Both the position numbers and the translations under genes were made by a program. The notes beneath the pieces were generated by a model, which saw only the letters and a program-made list of their open reading frames with translations, did not search any database and was not told where the DNA came from. This document shows, in pieces, positions 26,471 to 37,044 of a stretch of 64,000 nucleotides of DNA (the first letter of the stretch is position 1; every line of letters starts with the position of its first letter). Source of the DNA: a virus (taxonomy: Duplodnaviria; Caudoviricetes). Where the stretch lies: the IMG/VR virus record IMGVR_UViG_3300029305_003192, one strand, 5' to 3'.

Positions 26471-27304
26471 TTAATCCTCCTCCATTATTTCCCATTCAGC
26501 TGCATGCATTTCTAGGTCTGTCATTAGATAATCTTCAGTATCCATCATCCTGAATACCTTGACCAGCTTGTCTTCGAAGCCCAGGCATCTAGTATTATAA
26601 CTGCTGCGAATCCAACAGGATTCGTCATAATCACCGTAGTTTTCAATTACTGTCAGTATTATATATCTAACACCGTCGACGATATTGTAGCTAAATACCA
26701 CTTTTCGGCATTCGTCCTCAGTAGTATCGAAGTCGTTGAATTTGCCTTCCCATATAAACTCTACTTTATCGAGGAGTGTTAAAAGGTCTAAGCTAGTAGC
26801 CTCTTTAACTTTAAGGGCCCAGTATCCATCCTTTCCACCATAATAAAAGGGCGGTTTGGTGGTAATATTGGGTAGGGAGTCCACGAAGTCTGTCATATAT
26901 TTGAGGGCACGAAGTTGCTCTTCAAACGTATTCCATCTTAAATAGAATGCGAGTCCCATCCATTCACCGGTCCATGCGAGAATACATGGTTCGATACCGT
27001 TATCTTTTGCATGTTCGGTCGCCGATACGAACCTATCAATCACAGTGAATGGTTCGGCCATTGACTTAACATCAAACGCGATATATACATCATCGCCATC
27101 CTTGAGGATTTCTGTTGTGCGTGTAACGTGCCCGGAACAGCACGCCTTAGTATCATAACCTTTCTCCCAAAGGGTTATGATTAATGGAACCATGAAATCA
27201 TCAATCTCAATGAGTTCCGCCGTCGTACAGTCGGTACGTGGGCAACGATTACCCACGTAACTATCTCTGTAGCTGCTCTTACAGTATTTACATACCTTGG
27301 CCAT
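26471..27304 (-). CDS. Hypothetical protein with CxxC and KGYxTxxCCSGH motifs
   Basis: CKYC...CPRTDC and KGYDTKACCSGH. Confidence 0.7.
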   Translation of the reverse strand: MAKVCKYCKSSYRDSYVGNRCPRTDCTTAELIEIDDFMVPLIITLWEKGYDTKACCSGHVTRTTEILKDGDDVYIAFDVKSMAEPFTVIDRFVSATEHAKDNGIEPCILAWTGEWMGLAFYLRWNTFEEQLRALKYMTDFVDSLPNITTKPPFYYGGKDGYWALKVKEATSLDLLTLLDKVEFIWEGKFNDFDTTEDECRKVVFSYNIVDGVRYIILTVIENYGDYDESCWIRSSYNTRCLGFEDKLVKVFRMMDTEDYLMTDLEMHAAEWEIMEED

Positions 27305-27307
27305 ATT

Positions 27308-28378
27308 TTATTTCTCCTTCCACTCATCTTCAAGGTAGTACTTCGTATCTACAGCAATCACGTTAGATTCCATAAATACCATGTAGCCTTTAGGGTTACA
27401 GTTAAATACCTTGACAATTTCCTTGACTGTTGCTGATACTATAGAAAGGCCATCCTGAGTCTGGAACTCTGGATTATAAAGAATCCTTGCAGAAAGCTTT
27501 ACGGCATCTTTGATATCGTTGGACATGATTTGCATCATTGTACGACTTTCACCAATCATACATGATACATATTCACTGCCGATGAATATAGTATCGCCTG
27601 GCAGTACTCCTAAGTAGTGCTGAACGAATACTTGATATGGAATCTTACCATTGAATTTGTCATAATTCTTCCACATAGCTGTCAGGGTAATTGTGGGGTC
27701 ATTGAGGTCTCCTGTTTTTGTAACCATATACGGTGCAGGATGTGACATGTAGATGTCATTACTATTATCCATAACCACGATAGTACCGGGTACAATGCCC
27801 CTGTCGGCAAGTCTTGTTGAGCCTACGAATCTCGATGCGTAAATTTCGCTCATTCTGATAGCGATATCATCAGTTGTAGGTATCGTTATCAGTGGTAATG
27901 GCGCTTCATTAAGCGCCGGATACATAATAACAGTTACTGCATCGACCGATTTATTTTCACCTACGAGAGCCTGACCCTCATATTCAATCTGCAGTTTCGG
28001 GAAGTCTGCATTGTCTTCATAGTCCTTAAATAAAGGAAACATGAGAAGTGAATACCTATCATGCTCTTCGTCGTAGAATAAGTAGTTTATCGTACGTGAT
28101 ACGTCAAGCTCCTGAATCTGCTCATCGTTTTCATTATAAAATGTGATGAATTGCAGCGATGGTCTGTCACTGTCATAATGCCACTGCATGCAGTCGACAT
28201 TGGATACGTGTGAGAAGAACTTACCACATGTGATGTATACACTCACGGGTTCTTCGAACTCGTGGCTGTATTCGAGGCATCTTTTGTAGCCCCTTTCAGT
28301 GTCAATATGTGTTGGGTTGTAATTGGGATGATGTGCAAGCATCATCCCTTCAATATAGTTTTGGAATTTCATATCCAT
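27308..28378 (-). CDS. Hypothetical protein (probable paralog of 28378-29568)
   Basis: 356 aa; shares GIVPG(T/A)-hydrophobic segment with neighbour. Confidence 0.7.
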   Translation of the reverse strand: MDMKFQNYIEGMMLAHHPNYNPTHIDTERGYKRCLEYSHEFEEPVSVYITCGKFFSHVSNVDCMQWHYDSDRPSLQFITFYNENDEQIQELDVSRTINYLFYDEEHDRYSLLMFPLFKDYEDNADFPKLQIEYEGQALVGENKSVDAVTVIMYPALNEAPLPLITIPTTDDIAIRMSEIYASRFVGSTRLADRGIVPGTIVVMDNSNDIYMSHPAPYMVTKTGDLNDPTITLTAMWKNYDKFNGKIPYQVFVQHYLGVLPGDTIFIGSEYVSCMIGESRTMMQIMSNDIKDAVKLSARILYNPEFQTQDGLSIVSATVKEIVKVFNCNPKGYMVFMESNVIAVDTKYYLEDEWKEK

Positions 28379-29568
28379 TATTCTTCATCCTCCTCTTCTT
28401 CCTCATCCTTTTTACCGAATAATTCCTCAAAGAAATTCGCTACGTTCATGCTACCTATCGTAGCGTTCATAATTGCGTTAATGTCTCCCTCTGTGATGTA
28501 ATAGTCTCCGGATGGTATTTCAAACAGAATCGATTTAAGTGGGAACTTCTTTCGAAGTGCTTCCACCATCGATTTAACAGCCGGTACTGTAGCAAGTTTT
28601 GGTTCGAAACGCTCGTTCATCAACTGCAACATCTCATCATAAGTATACCTAGGTATTGATAATGTGTCAAGGCTATATGCCATAACCATCCCATTCATGA
28701 AATATGTCATACGCTCCTTTATCGTATCGATAATTAATACACCCGAAGAATATACCCCGCGATATCTAACCCAGAACTCGGTAGGGTTCATTGTTAGAGT
28801 ATACGGTCCTGACTGTTCGTCAAACAACTGCAGTTTAATCTTTCCGTCAGGAGATGGGAAATTGTCAGATATCTCTGTTATCACAGCGAAGTCTCGCTCG
28901 ATATGTTCCCAGCCAATACAGTGATTCTTTGCCATCATTATAACAGCACCAGGGACTATACCCTCCTTACTATGATGGGAAGAATCCATATTTGCCTCGA
29001 TATATTCTCTCGAAGCCGATACCGATTTATTATCCTCAGCTTGTGCCAATGTATAATAGATTACGGGGGCTTTATCCTTAGCAATCTTCATATACACAGT
29101 GATCCTAGATGGTCCGTAATCTGTCTCATTAGGAGACATGATGAAACGTTCCTCTTTGTTAACCCAAATCATTGGGTATCTTTCGGCATCCTTTTCATCA
29201 ATCCCTGAACCGTCAAACCAGTTAGGGATTGTGTCCATCGTGATATGAACCATATCCAGTCCTTCACTATCAGGGCCAGGGAACGTTACATTCACGAATT
29301 GGTTCTGTATACAAATTGTCATAGGCCTATTACTAAGGTCCTTATCTGTCCATACCTCGATGCCTGCGATATTGCTTCTGATACATATTGCATAAGCCCG
29401 AACTGTCGTGATTGTCGAGCTGTGCTCAAGTACGAGCATACAGGGTTTCTCGGTACTTTCATACGCGATATACCCATTCATATCTTCAACAAATGCCTGC
29501 TTATTTCGTTCATCAGACAGTGGCTTAGCGTTGATGAATACTCTGTCAAGATATTTGATATCAATCAT
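28378..29568 (-). CDS. Hypothetical protein
   Basis: 396 aa, acidic tail, stop overlaps next start. Confidence 0.7.
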   Translation of the reverse strand: MIDIKYLDRVFINAKPLSDERNKQAFVEDMNGYIAYESTEKPCMLVLEHSSTITTVRAYAICIRSNIAGIEVWTDKDLSNRPMTICIQNQFVNVTFPGPDSEGLDMVHITMDTIPNWFDGSGIDEKDAERYPMIWVNKEERFIMSPNETDYGPSRITVYMKIAKDKAPVIYYTLAQAEDNKSVSASREYIEANMDSSHHSKEGIVPGAVIMMAKNHCIGWEHIERDFAVITEISDNFPSPDGKIKLQLFDEQSGPYTLTMNPTEFWVRYRGVYSSGVLIIDTIKERMTYFMNGMVMAYSLDTLSIPRYTYDEMLQLMNERFEPKLATVPAVKSMVEALRKKFPLKSILFEIPSGDYYITEGDINAIMNATIGSMNVANFFEELFGKKDEEEEEDEE

Positions 29569-29882
29569 GCCTGCTCACCTCCAAGCCATTCGTTATACAT
29601 ATTGTGTACCATACCATCTGTGAGGTTAAAGTGATACTGAGACATGCCCCAGTTATCATTCAGGGTAATTTCGAGAATCTCTCTGAAATCTCTGATATTA
29701 CTGATTACCACACCAGATTTTTCAAGTTCTGCTTCTGTGACGGAAGCATACACTTCACCATTCTTATACAGGTGAATGATTCCCTGACTTGGGGTAAGTC
29801 TGAAGTTTCTTACCACCGATACAAGATAGTAATCGCTACCGAGCATACACTGACCATTTTCGTATAATGTGATTTCTTTCAT
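29565..29882 (-). CDS. Hypothetical protein
   Basis: GGAGG SD before ATG 29882; TATATATCAT motif upstream. Confidence 0.7.
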   Translation of the reverse strand: MKEITLYENGQCMLGSDYYLVSVVRNFRLTPSQGIIHLYKNGEVYASVTEAELEKSGVVISNIRDFREILEITLNDNWGMSQYHFNLTDGMVHNMYNEWLGGEQA

Positions 29883-29995
29883 TTTACATTCCTCCGTATT
29901 TAAAATATATGCCAGTATGTATTCTGACATATAGATGATATATACTTTGGTCACTATATCGAAAACATCGTATTAAAACGGAGGTGATGGATCCC

Positions 29996-30070
29996 ATGGA
30001 TACTCTAATTATGAAGCATCCGCCCGAGACCTTGGAGGTGATCCGACACATCTACCAGAGAAATTGGTAA
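29996..30070 (+). CDS. Candidate 24-aa peptide MDTLIMKHPPETLEVIRHIYQRNW
   Basis: Late-type promoter 29964-29975, GGAGGTGA SD, own terminator 30090-30125. Confidence 0.45.
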   Translation: MDTLIMKHPPETLEVIRHIYQRNW

Positions 30071-30160
30071 CTCTGGTTGACTCCAACTTTACCCAGTAAG
30101 CTAAATATTCATAGCTTACTGGGTATTACTAAAAACAAAGAAAAAAATACAAAATATAAA

Positions 30161-30365
30161 GGGGGTACGGTATCGTACCCCCAACTTGTTTGTACCACAT
30201 GCTACATGATACACTCCTTTCTGCCCCTTCTCGGGACTACAACGGTTTTATGGTATGGAAGACCGAGGTAACTTCCTTTAGTAGCAGATATAAATATATC
30301 CGGCTTGAGAGAGTTCCGAATGGAACGATAAGCTGCCGTTATGATATATTTATCTACCCCTCATT
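30161..30365 (-). ncRNA. Candidate early sRNA with SD + start-stop codon
   Basis: Early-type promoter 30366-30405, long 5' hairpin, AAGGAG-N6-ATGTAG, terminator 30161-30182. Confidence 0.5.
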
Positions 30366-30462
30366 CAATTATACTATATATATGCACAATATTCCGATAT
30401 TACGGTCTAATCCCTGGCACATAGAAAATACCCAGATAACCATATGGTTATCTGGGTATAAA

Positions 30463-32622
30463 TTACAGCAGTTTCGTAGTATGAACGCTGATAGGATTTT
30501 CAATTTTACTATTGACTGTGAGGGTCGGTAAACTGAGTCCTGTGAACCTCTCGAGTCCCTGCATGAATCCTGTCATCTGTGCTTCAGCATCCTCAATTCT
30601 GAGAGACTTCTGAATTTCCTTGTTAATCTTCTTATCATATCTCTTATTGATAGAGAGAAGCTGATTGGAAGAAAGGAGCATTGTGATGATACTTGTAGTT
30701 GCTCTGAGGATTTCACTATCAGTAGCAACGGAGTTGATAACTCCAGTACCAGCAGGTTCGAATTCTTCGGTGACGATATTGTAACCAAGATTCTTAGTTA
30801 CCGCATACTCAAATATAGCACACATGTCATATTTGAGCTCACGGAGTGCTGCATTTTTTTCATGGTCACAGAGACATCTGAAGAACGGATGCATGTGATT
30901 CTTAATTTCATTTCTTGATTCATCATCGATACCGTCCCATGTATATACTGTTGGGAGACATGGGTCATCTGCAAACTTATTGAGCATTACATCGATAGAT
31001 GTAAGCATGAATGCCTCTGCAATGTATCTGAGGATAGTATGGTTGATATAATCATCCGGTGTAGAATCCTCATTAGCTTCGATTGCTGTAACAAGGTCAA
31101 ATATAACGGACATAGTTTCGAGATTGAAGCCTCTGATATAACCGTTCTCATATGCCGAACGACATGCGAGTGTCGCGTCGAGCACAGCGTCTCTTGTGCA
31201 TCTCTTCTTGAGTTCGGAGTCTCCACCAACGAAGATTACGCCGGTATCACCGACGAACTTAACGAGTCTGAGGTGTGCCTCCATATAATCCTTCTCAAGT
31301 GTCTCTGCATGATGGAATACCTTTTCCTTAGCAGAGTTGAAGTCTTCCTTGAGTGCCGCAAGAGCCGCCTGATATGCAACTGTATCCTTTGAGTAATCTT
31401 CAAGAAGCAGATACTTTTCAGTAATAGTAAGTCTTGGGGCTCTACCGGCAGAACCTTCAATAATCGCGGATGGTTTCTGGCATTCCTGTGATGGGAACAT
31501 CATATGGAATTCATCGGAGTCTCCGTAATAATGCTCGTAGTTTTCGACCGTTTCATCAGATGCGTTCGTCTTAAGGAAGTTAAACATACGCACCTTTGTA
31601 TAGTTAACGATTTCAGAGCCAGTGAGAATAGCGAAGTCAGCAGCATAATCCTTGAGTGCCTTACTTGTAAGTGAAAGCTGGAAGAGCATTACTGAAAGTT
31701 CACCGGCATTTACAACCTTCTCAGCAGCACCCTTAATAGCAGAACCGAGAGCAGAAAGAATCTGGTCATCATAACTTGGTGCAAAGATGATAGCCTGAGA
31801 ATGTTCGCTGTTAGCCAGGTTGACGATATCATTGATAATGCTGTAGTGTTCGTTATACTTCACCATGTGGTCGAAGATGAAGACACGTGGATTACGAGTA
31901 TTTACGAACTCCTTATCGCCTCTGAGATAGAGAGGTGCCCAGAGCAGGTGACAGTCGAGTTTGTAACCTCTGTTAATTGTGTATGTAGTCTCATCAGTAT
32001 CGGAGAGTGTAACGTGAATGTTAGGGTTATGAGTCTTCTCATAAATCTCTCTGATAGTTTCGGATATCTTCTCGTTACCATTGGAGGAGATATATGCGAT
32101 ATTATAGATATCTTCGAACTTACAGTCGTCGCCGGTATCTTCGATGATATGCTTATGGGTGTCCTTGTTGAGCTCGGTAATGATTAAGTCCTTCATAGAC
32201 TCAATCTTTTCAATAAGCTCAGCCTGTCTGATACGTGAGTTGATTTGGCGTATCTCTGCCATCATCTGGTCGAAGAGCTGGATGAAGTGGTTTGCAACGA
32301 CAAGAGCAGTTGTCGTACCGTCTCCAACTCTTGAGTTGAGAGTGAAGCTAATACGCTTGATATAGTTATAAAGTACTGAGTGTACAGGATCACCGAGTAA
32401 CAGGTGGTCCAGAACTGTCCAACCGTCCTTAGTAGAGAATGCATTGACTCCATCATCAAGTACCGTGGTACTGGCATATGGACCAAGTGTTCTGGTAACT
32501 ACTTCGGCAGCAGTTTCGCAGATTGCACGCAGAATTGCTTTATATTCTGCAGATTCGATGAGATTAAGACTTGCACGAATTTCGTTCTTAAGCTCCTCAT
32601 GTTTTGTCATTTGATTCATCAT
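30463..32622 (-). CDS. groEL: GroEL-like phage chaperonin
   Basis: TLGP, STKDGWTV, GDGTTT, DATLACRSA motifs; AAGGAG SD before ATG 32622. Confidence 0.93.
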   Translation of the reverse strand: MMNQMTKHEELKNEIRASLNLIESAEYKAILRAICETAAEVVTRTLGPYASTTVLDDGVNAFSTKDGWTVLDHLLLGDPVHSVLYNYIKRISFTLNSRVGDGTTTALVVANHFIQLFDQMMAEIRQINSRIRQAELIEKIESMKDLIITELNKDTHKHIIEDTGDDCKFEDIYNIAYISSNGNEKISETIREIYEKTHNPNIHVTLSDTDETTYTINRGYKLDCHLLWAPLYLRGDKEFVNTRNPRVFIFDHMVKYNEHYSIINDIVNLANSEHSQAIIFAPSYDDQILSALGSAIKGAAEKVVNAGELSVMLFQLSLTSKALKDYAADFAILTGSEIVNYTKVRMFNFLKTNASDETVENYEHYYGDSDEFHMMFPSQECQKPSAIIEGSAGRAPRLTITEKYLLLEDYSKDTVAYQAALAALKEDFNSAKEKVFHHAETLEKDYMEAHLRLVKFVGDTGVIFVGGDSELKKRCTRDAVLDATLACRSAYENGYIRGFNLETMSVIFDLVTAIEANEDSTPDDYINHTILRYIAEAFMLTSIDVMLNKFADDPCLPTVYTWDGIDDESRNEIKNHMHPFFRCLCDHEKNAALRELKYDMCAIFEYAVTKNLGYNIVTEEFEPAGTGVINSVATDSEILRATTSIITMLLSSNQLLSINKRYDKKINKEIQKSLRIEDAEAQMTGFMQGLERFTGLSLPTLTVNSKIENPISVHTTKLL

Positions 32623-33427
32623 TCGGTTTCTCTCCTTTAAAGTATACTGTAGATTTGTCACCCTTGTAGTCAGTGACATATTTTAACTGAAACCAGTTAG
32701 CTTCGCATTTGAAGCGTTGCTTGGTTTCGGATAAGAATTTCTGATGCTTATAGAAACTCTTATCCATAGCATCAGCGTCGACTCGAATATTCGGCAATGC
32801 TGATATCAGGAAGAGTTTCTTATAGAATTTATCAGTCCCCTCAGGTTCCGATTCAATAACCTCGAGCACCTCATCGGCCGAGTCACATATGATAGTGGTA
32901 ATCTCAGGTTTAGCTGTTATGATATCAAGTAACGAGCCTTCCAGTAAGGATATGCGTGGGCCATTTGCTCTACCAAATGAGTCTCTTAAGAACTTCTTAG
33001 TGATATCAGAGAATGCTGTATCGTAGATATAAATCTTCTTACAGAAGTCATATGTTAGGAACTCATGTAACATTATCTCAACATTTGTAACTGATGCAAA
33101 GTATGGATTAGATAGTGCCATTAGCTTTGCGTAATCCTGAGACGCGTTGCTAAATCCAAGTTTATTAAAGTGCTTGAATGATAAAGCCATGAACTTTAGA
33201 AACTCGGCACTTGTAAACGGTGAGAGTAAGTTAAATCTCTCCTCGGCAGACTTGTCGAGTAAGTTGGCAAACTTTGTGTAGTTTTCGAGCCAGTACGACT
33301 TGAAGTCCGGTAACTGTGTTGCTGCATTATAAAGTAGCTCTCCGGCATTCTTCATACCGCCTCGGAATTTAACAAGAAATACCTCATCCCTTGTTTTGGT
33401 TACAGGTCTTAAGAAGTCAAATTCCAT
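32597..33427 (-). CDS. Hypothetical protein
   Basis: 276-aa ORF with AAGGAG SD. Confidence 0.75.
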   Translation of the reverse strand: MEFDFLRPVTKTRDEVFLVKFRGGMKNAGELLYNAATQLPDFKSYWLENYTKFANLLDKSAEERFNLLSPFTSAEFLKFMALSFKHFNKLGFSNASQDYAKLMALSNPYFASVTNVEIMLHEFLTYDFCKKIYIYDTAFSDITKKFLRDSFGRANGPRISLLEGSLLDIITAKPEITTIICDSADEVLEVIESEPEGTDKFYKKLFLISALPNIRVDADAMDKSFYKHQKFLSETKQRFKCEANWFQLKYVTDYKGDKSTVYFKGEKPNDESNDKT

Positions 33428-33488
33428 GTGATTTCTCCTTCAAAAAAATCAGGCGTTGAGTGATATATCAACGCCTGATACGAATTCC

Positions 33489-34325
33489 TTAGAATGGATT
33501 ACTGTCGCTTGCTCCGGTCATCTGCATAAACGCCGCCATATCACCATCGAACTGCTTAAGCTCAAGTGCTGGTGGAGCTGACTGTGTGAACGCTTGTGTA
33601 TTTCCAGTCTTCTGCTGGTAAGCAGGAGCCTCAATCTGAATACCATTCTTCATGGCAATCTGATTGATGGTTGTGCGAGTCTTATAGTTGGTATTACCAT
33701 ATCGGCTTTCAATCTGATGAACAGTGCCATTACACTGAGACTTTACAAACTCATCGAGTGCTGTGATGAATGTGATAATCTGTGGATATTCAGTTTCGAT
33801 GGATTCAAAATCACCTGTGGATGGATCGTAACCAATGATAACTGGTACTGTATCGGTCATCTTGAATACCTTAACTGTCTTAGGAAGACGTGTAGCCGCG
33901 TCGATGTCTGTAGAATATACGATTTCTGGAATATATGGGCCAGATTCAGGTTTACCTGTAGAAATAGAGAGCACGTTGGTAAGATCCTTATTGGTTGCGA
34001 CACCGATACTGAAGCCCTTATTGAAGGTGGTATCATCATTTCTCGTATCCACGTATTCCTGGAACTTTGGTATGAATTCACTACGAATGCGATTCATAAA
34101 AGCTGCCGCCTTTTCGCGGGTAAGAATAGCTGAAAGGTCCTTATCTCCGCCAGTTGGTCGTGGGAATGAACGTTTACCGTTTTCATCGTATTTGGCATCC
34201 CTGAATGATACAATACAGATATTATCACTGAACTTCAGTGACATCATTACGTTATCACTGAAGAATATAAGTGACTGTGTGTTAATTGGGAATCTTTCGG
34301 TTCCCCCATTGTTGTTAAAAGCCAT
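33489..34325 (-). CDS. Putative single-stranded DNA-binding protein
   Basis: Beta-rich N-terminus, flexible tail ending DSNPF (SSB-like Pro-Phe tip); downstream of DNA polymerase. Confidence 0.5.
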   Translation of the reverse strand: MAFNNNGGTERFPINTQSLIFFSDNVMMSLKFSDNICIVSFRDAKYDENGKRSFPRPTGGDKDLSAILTREKAAAFMNRIRSEFIPKFQEYVDTRNDDTTFNKGFSIGVATNKDLTNVLSISTGKPESGPYIPEIVYSTDIDAATRLPKTVKVFKMTDTVPVIIGYDPSTGDFESIETEYPQIITFITALDEFVKSQCNGTVHQIESRYGNTNYKTRTTINQIAMKNGIQIEAPAYQQKTGNTQAFTQSAPPALELKQFDGDMAAFMQMTGASDSNPF

Positions 34326-34392
34326 TGTTAAACCTCCTTGTATAATCAATCAGCCGACTAGCTATTGTCGGCTGACCTATAGCCAATATTTT

Positions 34393-34764
34393 TCATTTGT
34401 TATTGGTACCGAGTACCTGACGTTCAGCTCTGTCCTCGACACGCTTATTCATATACATGAGTGCGATTTCGAGGTGTCTGAGAGCTTCAGCATTCTCTTC
34501 GCAAGCAAAATCTCCTCCCTGGAAGAACTTAAGACGGTCTCTTACAATTTCGAGCAGGTCAGTATCAAGTACGCCTCTGATACTCTTCTCATCCTTACGA
34601 GGTCCCTTCTGGAATATGATAAGTGGGAAAGAGTAGTTCTCGTTATCTGCACAAACGATACGATACTCATGATGAGCCCCGCCTGGACCGATATCGTCTT
34701 CACGAAATACTCGGTTGAGCTTATTGTGCTTTTGGATTGTGATTAATTCTGTGCCTTTTGACAT
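34393..34764 (-). CDS. tad1: Tad1 Thoeris/CBASS anti-defence signal sponge
   Basis: [65 protein letters not shown] closely follow the Tad1 family pattern. Confidence 0.92.
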   Translation of the reverse strand: MSKGTELITIQKHNKLNRVFREDDIGPGGAHHEYRIVCADNENYSFPLIIFQKGPRKDEKSIRGVLDTDLLEIVRDRLKFFQGGDFACEENAEALRHLEIALMYMNKRVEDRAERQVLGTNNK

Positions 34765-34831
34765 AAGTATTCCTCCTATGATTAATAAATATTTATGAAA
34801 TCTGTCGCCGGTGAAGTATAAATCAACCGGC

Positions 34832-36892
34832 TCAGATATTCACGATGTTAGTATAATGCTGTGTTGTTGCACCTGTCTTCTGAATCTTTGGACCAAGTGG
34901 GTCGATGATAGGATTGATAAGGTTAACAACGTCTGTGATAATTTTGGATGAGTTGATTATATCTTTCATCCATGCTGGTAGATTAGTCATATCACGCGGT
35001 TTAGCTATACATGTGATAGACATAGTCCATTCATACTCATTAGATGACATAAGAATGTTCCGATAATAATTCTCGAAGATTTCTCTGTGCTCATAATATA
35101 GCTTCTTAAAAGGAACTGCTGCATCGGATTCTTTACTATTAAAGAATGCCTCTGGGTCATCACGCATCATGAGATACTTCTTCTTTGACATACCAGTATC
35201 CAGTGTAACTGGAACCAGGTCGACTTCAGCAGGGAATGCCATCTCTTCTGCAGGGTTAAATGCGTTCCAAAGATGCACCGCTTTATATCCCTGATTAGAC
35301 AATGGAGCTTTATATCTTGCAGCGGGATGAACCGTAAGCTGCTTATAGAGTGAGTTATCACCTTCCTGAAGCAGTACCTTAATCTCTGCTTCATATTCTC
35401 TTACAGCTCTTAGAATATTTCTCAAATCGATCTCCGGTGCAAGGATAATCTGGGTATCAATAAGCTCATGACATTTCTGTCTTACTGATTCCTTAGTACC
35501 GGCTTTCTTAAAGTCAAACCCAGCAACTACACGCTGGTTGTCGATGCCATTGATGAATTTACCCTCTTGGAGTAATACCTGACCAAAGTATCGTTTCTTA
35601 GCAGTACCAAATACGATAATTGGCCAATAAAGCTCGTTCTTCATTGCAAGCTTCTTACCCCACTCAGGGGCAATCTGTCTAGCCTCAGTAAATGATTCAA
35701 ATGCTTCTGAGATAGACATAGTCAGAATCATTGTGAAGATATTTACCGACTTAAATGTGAACTCATCCTTATTCTCAGTGATAGCATTCTTAAGTGAGTA
35801 AGCATACATAATATACTTAACTACCGAGATGAAGTTAGAGTCCGTGTCGATATAAAGTACCGCAGACTTATTAGTGTATCTAGTTCGACGTACTCTATCG
35901 AATATCTGGTGCTTATAAAGTACGAATACTTTGAGCATCTTAATGATTTCAAGCAGTATTGATTTAGAATCGTCACGTGCTACAGTATCACACCATTCTT
36001 CGCCCATAAAGTCGAATGTATCGATATCACCATTACGGAGAATGATGATAGAGTTGAGAAGCTCAGTATTAATTGACTGACAGAAAGGTATATTGAGGAA
36101 TTCGAAGAGATTATTCTTATAATACATCAGCTTGAGACAGTCCTCATCGGCGGAAGCAATTATTCTCGATATAATCATTGCCTCATCTTCAGTGATATTA
36201 AAACCGACCTTATCTGCAAGTCTATCGGCTACCTGCTTAGATGTTACTGGTGGTACTCTTGAGAATAATTTAAGCTCCTCGTCCGTAAGCTTTTCATAAT
36301 CATGTATGATATTCATCAGATATAATACAAACTCTGTCACGTTGACGAACTTGATATTGTCCGATATGAAGTTCTCGAAGTGACATGTTGCTGTCGAGAT
36401 GATTGCCTGACCCATAGCAGTAGTAGCCTGAGCAAGGTTGACATTGAATAGATGAAATTTCATGTAACCGAGGATACCATAGAGAGAGTTAAGCATAATC
36501 TTCTTGTTATTTTGTGCTAAGTCATACATCTGCCATTCTGTAGTACCTTTATCGAACGAATCCCTCTGTTTCTTGAGAGCCTTACGCTCTTTCATCAAGT
36601 CTGCAATCCATTCAGCAAGCAGACTCAGTTTCTGGGAATGTTGTACAAACATGCACCCATCCCCACCAAGGACAAGATTGTTTGTCAATATGAGTGATAT
36701 GACAACGGTCAATGATGAGCGTATGGATGTATTGCGATAGTTATTAACCATTGTACATTTAGGGTCCTTGACCTCTATATTATATATTTTACGTAGGGTC
36801 TTTTCCAGTACCTCTTCATCCCAATCAGGATGTGCGGTTCTAAGAACTTCTGAAGCCTGGGATACCCATTTATCTTCAAATCTTAGTGCCAT
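34832..36892 (-). CDS. Family B DNA polymerase, C-terminal (polymerase) subunit
   Basis: KIMLNSLYG (motif B), YIDTDS (motif C), KKRY; lacks exonuclease and motif A. Confidence 0.92.
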   Translation of the reverse strand: MALRFEDKWVSQASEVLRTAHPDWDEEVLEKTLRKIYNIEVKDPKCTMVNNYRNTSIRSSLTVVISLILTNNLVLGGDGCMFVQHSQKLSLLAEWIADLMKERKALKKQRDSFDKGTTEWQMYDLAQNNKKIMLNSLYGILGYMKFHLFNVNLAQATTAMGQAIISTATCHFENFISDNIKFVNVTEFVLYLMNIIHDYEKLTDEELKLFSRVPPVTSKQVADRLADKVGFNITEDEAMIISRIIASADEDCLKLMYYKNNLFEFLNIPFCQSINTELLNSIIILRNGDIDTFDFMGEEWCDTVARDDSKSILLEIIKMLKVFVLYKHQIFDRVRRTRYTNKSAVLYIDTDSNFISVVKYIMYAYSLKNAITENKDEFTFKSVNIFTMILTMSISEAFESFTEARQIAPEWGKKLAMKNELYWPIIVFGTAKKRYFGQVLLQEGKFINGIDNQRVVAGFDFKKAGTKESVRQKCHELIDTQIILAPEIDLRNILRAVREYEAEIKVLLQEGDNSLYKQLTVHPAARYKAPLSNQGYKAVHLWNAFNPAEEMAFPAEVDLVPVTLDTGMSKKKYLMMRDDPEAFFNSKESDAAVPFKKLYYEHREIFENYYRNILMSSNEYEWTMSITCIAKPRDMTNLPAWMKDIINSSKIITDVVNLINPIIDPLGPKIQKTGATTQHYTNIVNI

Positions 36893-37044
36893 AATTTACC
36901 TCCTATATTTTTGCGTTATACTATTGATGATAACATCATTCTTCGCTAGAATATAGACTTGAAATGATTATTAATTAAACAACTCATGTAATGTATGCAA
37001 ACATATGTATGCACAATATTAATCCTAAAAGGAGGAATTGTAAT

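Noticed and set aside
29960-30405. Type I toxin-antitoxin pair
   Set aside because: The two convergent small units do not overlap, show no extended complementarity, and the peptide is not hydrophobic
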